Source: an uncultured Verrucomicrobiae bacterium (GTDB lineage: Bacteria > Verrucomicrobiota > Verrucomicrobiia > Chthoniobacterales > UBA10450). From it: a DNA stretch of 64,000 nucleotides. Below are positions 1 to 10,500 of this stretch, in pieces. The stretch spans positions 1,120,001 through 1,184,000 of the forward strand of contig CAWFGO010000001.1 of assembly GCA_963815455.1 (NCBI GenBank), read 5' to 3'. The first letter of the stretch is position 1. Every line of letters begins with the position of its first letter. Made by a program: the position numbers and the translations under genes. The notes below the pieces were generated by a model. It was not told the DNA's origin and did no database searches. It saw nothing but the letters and a program-made list of their open reading frames with translations.

Positions 1-746
1 AAGCGGTTCCCAAAGCAAGACGGGCATCGGCGTAATGCGGGGCCAACTCAACCGCAGTTTTCAATTCCCGAAGACCTTCATCCGATCGATGTCGATCCAA
101 CAGCGCGATGCCGAGATTCATGTGCGCCACCGGATTTTTGCCCGTGACCGCAATTGTGTGCCGAAAAAGAGTTTCACTGTCGTGCCAGACGCCGATCTGG
201 CGTTGCGTCAGCGCCGTGCAACCGATCAACACCAGAATCGACATCGATGCGACAGCCGGCTTCTGCCAGGAGCGATTTCTCGTAAGATCGAAAAAGCTCC
301 AGACCACGACAATCGCCAGGCCGATCGACGGAAGATACGTGTAACGATCGGCCATTGATTGCGCACCGACCTGCACGAGACCGATCACGGGAATGAGCAT
401 TCCGACGAACCAGAACCAGCCCACGAAAAACCCGGGATGCGCGTGCCGAAAATGCAACGCTGCGATTGAAATTGCGATCAGCAAACAGCCGGCGCCGATG
501 ATCGACAGTAACGGCCAGTAAACCGGATGCGGATAAAACGCGGCCAGATTTATGGGAACGAAAAACTTCCCGAGATATCGAACGTAGGAGATGAGCGCGT
601 TGCCCAGTCGAGCGTCGATCGGATAAATTGCGATTGTCTTTACCGCACCGACACTCGTCTGGACGATCAGCGTGATCGCGCCGACGACTGTGGCGAGGAC
701 GAAGAAGGGAAGCTTTTCAATTAGCAGCGCTGACAGCGAACGCGCC

Positions 747-829
747 GTCATTCCGAGCGAAGTCGAGGAATCCCGTGGAGAAAGCTTTAAGGTAACTCCG
801 CGGGATCCTTCGACTTCGCTCAGGATGAC
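747..829. repeat. Palindromic element GTCATTCCGAGCGAAGTCGAGGAATCCC...GGGATCCTTCGACTTCGCTCAGGATGAC, in frame inside the glycosyltransferase
   Basis: Imperfect ~28-bp inverted arms; related copies at 40681-40774 and 60784-60853. Confidence 0.9.
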
Positions 830-985
830 ACTGCCTGCACGTTGCAACGGCCAATAGTCGAGCAACAACATGACGAAAGGCAGCGTGACGAGCATCGACT
901 TGCTCATGAGACCCAGCGCGAAACAGACGAGCCCCGCACCGTAATAGATCGCTGGAGAGCGTTTCGTTCGAGACAGACAACTGTC

Positions 986-1012
986 AGTTTGACCGCTTAA
1001 AGCGGTCAAACT
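986..1012. repeat. Perfect 12-bp hairpin AGTTTGACCGCT-TAA-AGCGGTCAAACT inside the coding sequence
   Basis: Read directly from the sequence. Confidence 0.85.
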
Positions 1013-1462
1013 CCAAAGCGCATAAAACAAGAGGGTGAGCACGGCAAAGAATGCGGCGAGCACATCTTTGCGTTCGCAAATCCAGGCGACCGATTCGACC
1101 CGGAGTGGATGCAATCCGAAAATGGCGGCCAGCACGAAGCTGCGGCCAAGCGCGCCGGTCATTTTCCAAAACAATAAGAAACAACAGGGCTGTTGTCAGC
1201 GCGTGCAGCAGAATGCTTGTGAAATGGTGACCGATCGGGCTTTGCCCAAATAGCGTGGAGTCGAGCATGTGCGAAAGCCACGTGACCGGATGCCAATTGG
1301 CGGCGTGGTCTGTTCGAAACGCCCATGACACATTTTCCCAGGTCAACCCCTGTCGAACCCGCGAATTGGAGGTCACGTAATCCGGATCGTCGTAGTTAAC
1401 GAAATCGTTTCGGAGCGCAGGAGAAAAGACGGCGAGGACGAGGGCGAACAGGAGGATCGACA

Positions 1463-1555
1463 GGAGCACAGGCATCCTGCCCGGTGAATAATCCTCAAGA
1501 CGCGAGTGGGCAGGCGAGACGCCCGCCCGCCCCACAGGCAAGATGCCTGTGCTAC
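1463..1555. repeat. GTAG-type REP-like inverted element (GTAGCACAGGCATC...) forming the N-terminus of the glycosyltransferase
   Basis: Arms GGAGCACAGGCATCCTGCC and GGCAAGATGCCTGTGCTAC; sibling at 31944-32019. Confidence 0.85.
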
Positions 1556-1582
1556 CACCAATCGTTCCAACCTCGTTCGACA

Positions 1583-4500
1583 TCAGAACGAGCCGTCTTG
1601 GGATTTTTTTGGCGGGAGCTGCGACAAGCGAACAGTGTTTTCGTCAGCCGATGACTGGGGCTGATCTTCTTGTTCCTGTTCCTTTTTCTTTTTCTTGCGC
1701 TTCTCGTCGTCGTTCTCTTCTTCGCCGCCGCCGTAACCGATCACTTCAACAGAGATAATTGACGGAACGTCCTCCTGGGGAGCTGGAGCGGTCTGACCCG
1801 CGAGCTGTTGAGCCGCGGTGCTGGCCGCGCCGGTTGCATTCGAGGCAACGGCCAAGCCACCGAGGTTGGGGGCGGCAACGGCCGGAACGCCCGCGCTGGA
1901 GCCGCCCACCTGAATGTTGCTCGAGTTAAGGACGATCACCGCGGCCAGGTTCAGATTACCCGATACGCGAATGCCCGCATCACCGGCATCGATCGTTCCG
2001 TTCGGCGCGATTAGATCGACATCGGCCGGCGGAACACCGGCCACCGTTTCGAGTACGCCAATGCCGCCGCCGGTGGCGAGTCCGGCCAGATCGGTTTGCA
2101 CGTCAGCGCTCTGCGGATCGATCAGGACGCGCGTGGGCGGGGCCGATTGTACAGTCTTGGAGGAAGCACCGGCCGCGATGTCGCCGAATGAGGACCAGAT
2201 CATTTCGTTCCCGCCGCGCAATGTAAATATACGGGACGTGCCGACGTTGACGCTGTTGTGAGTGAAGATCGAGATGTTGCCGCCGTGTTCGGTGAGAATG
2301 CCTTGATCGAGCGCGTTGCCGCCCACGGTCAATCCAACAGTCAACTGGCCACCTGGAGCGAAGATGTCGATGTTGCCGCCGTTCCTGGTTTTGATTTCGC
2401 GGGACGTTAACGAAATATCGCCGCGCCAGCTTACGCTCTCGGGAAAGAGCGCCGCGATGGCGGCGAATCCGTCGTCGAATCTTCCGAAGTTGAGACTGCC
2501 CGGGTCGTTGCGGTCGCGGCCGGAATTGCGCAGCACCAGGTAGAAAATATCGAGCGCGAGCGCGTCCTGTTGTTCGTCGGGCAATAATTGGAACTGCTTC
2601 CAGATATGGGCATTTGTCGCTCCAGTCAGGCCTAGCAGCTTGCCCAGCTCCGGTAGATAGCGGTCGGCCTGATCGCCGGCCGTATTAGGATTGAGAAATT
2701 GGGATTCGAACGCGGCGAAATCGAGATTGCTCTGCGATAATCCGCTGGAAATTCCAATGCCGGCGCCGGCGATGATGTTGGCTCCTTCAAATGGAAGATA
2801 AGGATTTCGTCCGTTGCCGATACTGACCAAGCCAACCGCGGTGCCATCGGCATTGTTCGGCCCGACGCCCAGGTCGAAATTGCGTCCGGCCAGCACTTCG
2901 ATCGTTCCCGGCCCGCTAATCTGAATATCGCCATCTGCCGGCGGACTATCGGTCAAATTGCCGGGCGCATTCGCCAGCAGGCGCAGCGCGGAACTCGGAT
3001 CGTAGGCGACGAGATCGCGACCAGCGGCGACGAGGCTGATGTCGTCGATGCTGACGTTCTGGATGTAAAACGCGATGTCGGTAATGTCGCGTCCGGCAAC
3101 GATCCGGGCCGCCTTCCCAGTAAACAAAGTGAACCCGGAGATATCGCCGCTGCCGGCGTAAAGATGAATCGGGTCGGGATCGTTTAGGTGAAGCGGTCCG
3201 GGCGCGTGAAGTGCCTGTTTGTTTTGCAGTACACCGGCGGCTCCCTGGGTCGAGCCGGTTTCCGCGAAAAACGCCGAAAGTCCGTTGAGAAAATCGGTCG
3301 TGCTCGACGAATTGAGCGGTCGCGAACTGGGCACCGCAAGCGTACTGCGGTAGGCAAATGGTGTCGTAAGCGCCGGTAGGCGGTTCGGGTCTGCGTCGGA
3401 AAGATTAATTCGGCTCGGAATCCATACCGTATCAGCATTTCCGAACACACCATCGGGCTGAAGTCCGTTTATCCCGCCTCGAGCGACAAGATCGACAGTG
3501 CCAATTGCCGCCGGAAACAGCGTCAGGCCGCCCTGGACATTTAGATCGCCGGCGAAAGCGGTCACGCGCATCGCAGGCGCCAACAGAGACAGGACTGTCG
3601 GAAAAGCGGTAACGTTCGTTTCGTCCAACCGCAGCCACGGCTGAACCCACGAAGGGCGCGCATTGCCGGAAAAAAGTAGTACCCGATCGAACCACGCCTG
3701 CAAAACGGGCAGTATCGAGCCATCATTCAGCGTAACAGTTTGCCGGAGGTTCACATCGCCGGTAAGCGACTCCGCGGTGACTCTGGACGACGCCGCGTAG
3801 GTAGAGAAGTAGGTCTTGTACCAATAGGAATTGTTTATACCGCCAGGCAGAAGAAATGGATTCGCCACCGGACCGAGAAGCAAATCTCCCCCGGCCGCGA
3901 CATCGAAACTTCCCTTGCCCACGAACAATGTCGTCGGAAGCCAGGTTTCCTCTGCCAGGACGCCGCCGATCGGATCGAGATTTCCGAGTGAGGGCGAGCG
4001 GGAAGCATTTGTCCGAATCTCGTTGCCCGCCACGAGCGACCCGTGGCCGCGTTCGACATAATATGCGCCGCCATCGAGGTTGTTGCCGGCGCGGACGATC
4101 ACGTCGCCGCCACCCAGCTCGACCAGGCTAGACGCATTCGGCACGACGCCCGGCATTCGGGCATTGGTCGGCGCGACCGCATCGATATTGCGCACGTCGT
4201 GTCCCGCGGTAAGCGAAACATTCCCTCCGCCCAACGCACCGACGCCCTCAAAAAAATTGCTGAAGTCGATCCACCATGTCGTTGACCCAATGTCGTTGGT
4301 ACCGTTTCCGGTTACCTGTCCAAAAAGGCCCGTGCTTGGATCGACAAACCCGCGCCGGTATAGCCAGTTGGCCGGAAGTTCGCGCGAGGAATCATCCACC
4401 ACTTGCCCGGCGATTTGTGTTTGATGAATGATATCGCCCCGCGCGGCGATGGTGATATTTCCGCCCGCCAAACTGTACTGTGCCGGATACGCGGGGGTCT

Positions 4501-7500
4501 GCTGGGCTATCCCAAGCGGAGAGAAGGCATTCTGACCAGCAAAATTCGGAACCGGAACGTCAAACATACCGCCAAGGCCAGGATCCGCCACTTGCGTGCC
4601 AGCGGTGTAGATGGTGGCAAGCTGATTCAACAGTCTCACATCGCGACCGGCCGCAATATCGATGTCCCCCGAGCCGGTTCGGATAACCTGATAGCGCGTC
4701 GCTGCGACCGTCGAAGTCAATGCGCCGCCCCCGCCGTTTGAAACCGTATTGACGCCATAATCTTTGCCTAACAGAACTGAGCCGCTGTTCGGTCCGAGGA
4801 TCGACATCGGCTGGACCTGATGGAAATCGGCGGCGCCCAAATCCGCGCCCGCCGCGAGATGGAACGACCACGATTGTTCGTTCGCGGGCAACAGCGGATT
4901 CTGTATGAGAAGCGAGGAGTTGTAGGCGCTCGAATCGAATCCGTCGCTCAGGGCATTGTAGAAGACGATATTGCCGGCGGCCCGCAATGTGAGCTGCCCC
5001 GGCGCGCTATTCGGCCCGAACCGGTAGGTCGATAAATTCCAATCGCTGCTTGAACTCGAGCCTGTAGAACCGAGAGTGAGGTCGCCGGTTCTATTAATGA
5101 TTTCCGCTCCGGCTTCGATGATGGCGACGGGGACCAGGCCCTGATTATTGGCGAATAGCCGGTTCAACATCGCTGTGTAATTGCCGGTCGTTGTCCCTGC
5201 CGGACCGACAAATGTGTTCCCGTTAGTCAGGATCATGTTTTGCACCGTCGAATTAAGCGCCCCGCTGCCGGTGAGATCGAAAAGCTTGTAGCCCTCCACC
5301 ACAATCTTCGACGGATCGATGATCGTGGCGTTGATTGGATTGACCTGCAGATCGCTGCTATCGGCCAACTGCGGCGCGCGCAGGTGCAGCGAACCGGTGA
5401 AATCGCCGAGTGCTGCAATGGCGATCACCGAGAGATCGATTGTCGATCCCGTTTGAAGATCGAGAACCGCGCTCGAATCGAAGATGCCATTGATTTGCGA
5501 TCCGGCGGCGAGCGAAACGGCGCCACCTTTCCCGGCCGAATCGAACTCCTGCGCCGCGACGGTGAGAAGAGCGCCGGATGGCAAGACGAGACTGCCGCTG
5601 GCGTTGAGATCGATCGATCCGCCAGTCACGCCGGAGGCGTCGATGGTTCCGGAAACGGTGATCGAACCTTGATCGGTCGAAAGATTGAAGTCGTGACTGG
5701 TCGCGGTGCCGTCCACGAGCACATCGCCATTTCGGACTCGAATCGAGCGCGACTCGTTGAATGCGGCGGCGTTGAGAATTGAACTCAAAGAGCCGAGCGC
5801 CGGCAAACTTCCAACATCGAGGACAAATGTTCCGTTTCGACCATTCGTGCCGCCAGCGCCGTTCAATGTTGCATTATTATCGACAATGAATGATCCGTTA
5901 GGCGTGCTGACCGAGAGAATCCCGGCATTGCCGCCCCCGGGCTGGGCGCCAACGTTGATCGAGCCATTTGCCCCGATATTCACCGAGCCCTGATCGGCTA
6001 CCAGATTCACCTGCCCGCCGCTGGTGTATTTGACCAGATCGAAGAACGTCTGAGCGGTGCCGCCGACATCGATGCTAGTTGTAGAGAGATTGCCAACCGT
6101 CACGTCGCCACTGGTTGCGTGAAGGGTCAGCGCGCCGCTGGGCAGGACGATGTCGATGTTATCGGCAATGCTCGAACCCGAAATATTCAGGCTCGCGCCC
6201 AGGCCACTCGTCGGAGCGGGCGACGCGCCGGCCAGCGGTTGCAGATCGACCATGCCGGTGGCGGAAATTGTCTGCGACGCTCTCTGGGCTCCGACGATTA
6301 CAGGAGCGGCAATCGTCAGATCGCCCTGGATTGCAGTTCCGCCTGCCCCCTGCAGCAAAACCTTTTCCGAAGCGTTCAACACTACATTCGCGAACTGATC
6401 GATGTTCAATTGATTAGCGCCCAATTGAATCGTCGCGGCATCGAATTGCAGTGTACCGTTTTGGCCGGCCACTGGTCCCGGCACAGTCGCGTTGGCCGAA
6501 TTATCGAGGGTGATTGTTTGACCGACGAAATCGACCACGCCGCCATTGTTGAATCCGCGAATCTCGCCAGCGTGCAGGGCAAGACTGTTCGCCGCGGTGA
6601 GCGTGCCGGTGCCATAGATATCGATCGACGAATAACTCAGCAGCGAAAGGGCATCGACCGATTGCAGATTTTCCAGAGCAACGCCAGACAGAATAAGACC
6701 CGACGTGCCCTGCGGCATCGCGCCGTCGGGCAATTGGATACTGATCTGGCCGCTTCCGAGATTCACGGCCGAGCCGGAAAGAACGGCCGTCGGGTCTAAC
6801 GAAGTAGCGAAGGTGGAGTCTAGGGTAACGCTCGTGCCGGAAATGATCGCATTCGCGCCAATGTTTTCGTGCGGGACGTTGGACGAAGTGATGCTTACCC
6901 GAGTAAACTGCGCTAACGGATCTGCGCTTACTCGCAACAACACTCCGTTGCCGCTGCCGGCCACGGCGGGATCGCCTAACAGGAGCGAATCAGCCGAGGT
7001 GAGCGAGCCGATCGCTTCAATGTCGGCGTTGTCGGCCAGAGTCAAACTTTGGTTCGCCACCACAATGACATCCGGCCCGGTCAGCGGCGCGCCGGCATTA
7101 TCCACCGTAATGTTGTTGGTCGTGACGGTGACGGGCGTTCCATCGGAAGTGGTGCCGCCGCGGAATCCGCCGATCAACAGACTTTCCGCGCCGAACCCGC
7201 TTAGGCCGGATGAATCCAAAACCAGTTCGCCGCCATTGCCGACAACGCCCGGCCCGGCAATCAGGATGTCCAGCGGGCTGCTGATATCGACGAGACCGCC
7301 CCGGCCACCCGTCGGCGCCTGAGACAAAAGCGAGCCGAAGATCGACATGGTCTGGGTTGCGTCGAAGAGCACATGCCCGGAATCGATCGGCAACCGCTGA
7401 ACGGCCAGGCCGCGATCGAGCGCGTTCTGGCGGAGAAAGGCGTTGGCGAAGAAATCGATATATTCGGCCCTGTTCCGCACCACTTTTTGCGACGCGACCT

Positions 7501-10500
7501 CGAACAGCGAGAAAATTGGCTGGCTCGAAGGAGGATTGAATCCGCTGAAGCGATAACCGGAAACGATGCGCGATCCGTCCGGTTGCCGCGAATTGCTCGT
7601 CGGCACGCCTGATCGCGGTGTGACCAGAAACGCGCCCGGCAACAGCGCGTATCGGGCGGGTAGCAATGTGTAGTTCCCAGCAGGGACTCCTTTGCTGCCG
7701 GTCAAATAAACCTGGTCGCCGACCTGCAGATTCGTGTTTACGTAACCCGGCGTTCCCGCAGCGGAATTGAATGCTCCGTAAGGAGAATAAGTGGCCTGGT
7801 ACCCAGGGATGATCGCAAAACTGTTCGAGGAATCGAGGATGTCGATGGTACCGCCGACACCGGAGTTGAATTGATAGGCGTACTCATTACCGCCGCCCCG
7901 GATGTCGATTGTCGATCCTGCCTGATCGGAAACGTTCGCGGCGGCGATGGTTACGGATTTCTCTGGTACACCGACAAGCGCGATGTCGTTTCCGGCCGGG
8001 TCGAGCCAGGATGCACCGGTCGCGTTGACGCCGAATGGAATGATCAAGCTCTTGCCGGTAATCGGATCGACAGCGGAAACAGATGTCACGCTGCCGTCGA
8101 GAAGATTGACCTGTTGAGTGATGCCAAACGGTTGGCCCGAGATTTGATTGATCGGCGCCGTGCCGGTGCCATCGAATCCAATGTTGATGGCGCCGAGCGG
8201 CGCGCGCAGAACACCGGCGTCGTTGATGGTCGCTGCGTACAGATTCAACTGGCCGCCGGCGGAAAGCGGCAGCGAACGCGTACCGCTGCCGGCGAGCGTA
8301 ATTGAATTCGCGGAAATTGTGAATTGGGTCTCAGTCGTCGGATAAATCTGTCCCGCAGTGATCGAGATATTTCCAGCGACATCGAGCGTGCCGTCACCGC
8401 GCACATCGCCCTCGTCAGCGACAAGCGTGAGGTTGCTGATGTTCTGGAGCGACAGATTCCCAACGTCGATCAAGTTGGCCGTCACCGAGACATTGCCCGA
8501 GCCCGGGGTCGCCGGGAAGTAGAACGGTGCGCTGCCAACGGTGAATGCATTGGTTGGCTCTTGCGCAGCAAAGGGCGGCCGGAACGCGGTGCCTAAGGCA
8601 ACATAAGGCGCATTGAGATTCACCACGTCGTTTGCGCGAATGACTCCGCCGAGCGCAACCACCAGGCCACGATCGGCGTTGATCGTGACCGGTCCGCTAA
8701 ACCGGACTGCACCGTTGGTCTTGGGCTTGAGCGTTAGCGAAGCGAGACCGGAGTTGTTAAACGTATCCGCAGCGAAGTAACCTTCGCCAAAGATTGGGTT
8801 GCCCAGAGTATCCACCACCAAATGCCCAATCGCGTTTTCGCCCGGGCCGTAGAATGGAGCCGGAATTGTGGGGCCGGATTGAGTGACCACCAAGCTGTCA
8901 TCCAGCGGCGTTGCAAACGTTCCAGGCGCCAGAAAACGCTCGGAGGAAATTGACAAGCTCCCACCCATCGCGCCGGGACCACCCGCAGCGCCGAGGAGAG
9001 TGGCGTCGGTGAAAAGTTCCTGCGCTCCATTGAACGTGATCGAGCCGCCATTGGAATCGACCCGGGTGGGAATAAAACGCGCGCCGCGAATTGATCCGTT
9101 AGGCGAGCGCCCGCTATAACCGGGCGCGAGATCGAGAATCCCGCTGGCGCCGGACACGTCGAGCACCGAACCGTTCTCAGCCACAATGTTGCCGGAGACG
9201 GTGATGTTGCCTCCGGCCAAAACGCTTCCTGTTCGCAGACCCAATGAACTTGGGGTGAGCAAGGTCGTTCCAGCGACCGATAGCAAACTTTCCGGACCAA
9301 GATCGATAGTCGGCAGGGGGTGTGATGCATCGTGGAAGAGGGCAACTGTAGTTCCGCCGCCGGCGATCGAGATTTGCCCCCCGGGCGAAATGATGCTGCC
9401 CAGAACTGCGGCCGTATCGGCATTGATAGATATAGTCGCGAGTGGATCGGTCTCGATGATCGCGCCGGCTCCCATTACAAAGTCGCCGCGAACGAATTTC
9501 TGATCGGTCGGTCTGATGGTATCAACAACTCCCGCCGCGCCAAAAGACAGATTCACCGGCCTGCGCACACCCTGCGGCAATATTATCGGCGTTAGCGCGA
9601 GTGTTCCCCGGCCGTTTGGGTCCAGTTGGGCAAGGAAGCTTTGCTGAACCGGCTGAATCGTTGTGTTCTCAGCAATGACGACCCCGGGCACAAACACATC
9701 CGTCTGCCCAGTCGGCGCGCCGATTCCAGCGATCGTGAAATTCGTGAATCCCCCCTGATTGAAAAAGTCCGGCGCCAAAAGGAGTGCATCGAATCCCGGC
9801 GGGGTTCCACCGATCTGGACGGAGGGCGCGAGAATGCTTAGCGATGCGCCCTTACCGCCCGAGAAACCGGACAGCGCACTATTAAGAGCAAAGTCGCCGC
9901 CGATTACAGATGGGATACTCAAGTCCTGACCGGCCCGGATCGAAATTGCGCCACCCGAGCCGTAGGTGATTTGGCCGGCGCCGCTAACCGTTACGCCCCC
10001 GGAAACGTCGATGGTGCTCCCGGGCGCGAGCGTCACGTCGTAGCCCGCGACAGTAATATTGCCTCCGTTGGCGGTATAGGTGTCCCCCGGTGGCGTTATA
10101 GCCGTAGGGCGCAGGTCGGTAATCATCCCCGCCGCACTCAGTAATGCTGTCGAGCCGAGAACCAGGTGACCGCGAGTCGGATCTGGCGGCGGCGTCATCG
10201 GATTGGGATCGATTGCCAACGCGTTGAGCGTTGCCCTCGAAATGTCATACACGTTCAAAGCGATCATTCCGCCGGGCACCGTGATCCGACCTTCAAGATC
10301 GAGATTGGCCGCTTTGATTTGAACCGAGCCGCCCACCGAAGTCGTCAAACTTACGTCCACTGGAATCGAAACGTCGCCATCGCGGTTATCGACGCTCAGA
10401 TTGCCAAATCCGTTCGCGTTCACGAGATCGGGCGAAAGAATCACTTGCTGGCGACGATCGTCGCGCAGCGGCAATGGATTGCCCATGGCATCAAGCGCGA

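Larger units (their letters stand above)
1..1583 (-). pseudogene. TMTC-like GT-C membrane glycosyltransferase with C-terminal TPRs; 1-nt frameshift near 1180; runs off the window start (pseudogene or sequencing error)
   Basis: Manual translation across two frames gives NYDDPDYV, NWHPVTWLSH, HPLRVESVAWICERKDVL, LMSKSMLVTLPFVMLLLDYWPL, EKLPFF, GAQSMADRYTYLP and a TPR (AHMNLGIALL). Its ATG overlaps the TpsA stop (TGATG at 1585-1581). Confidence 0.8.
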
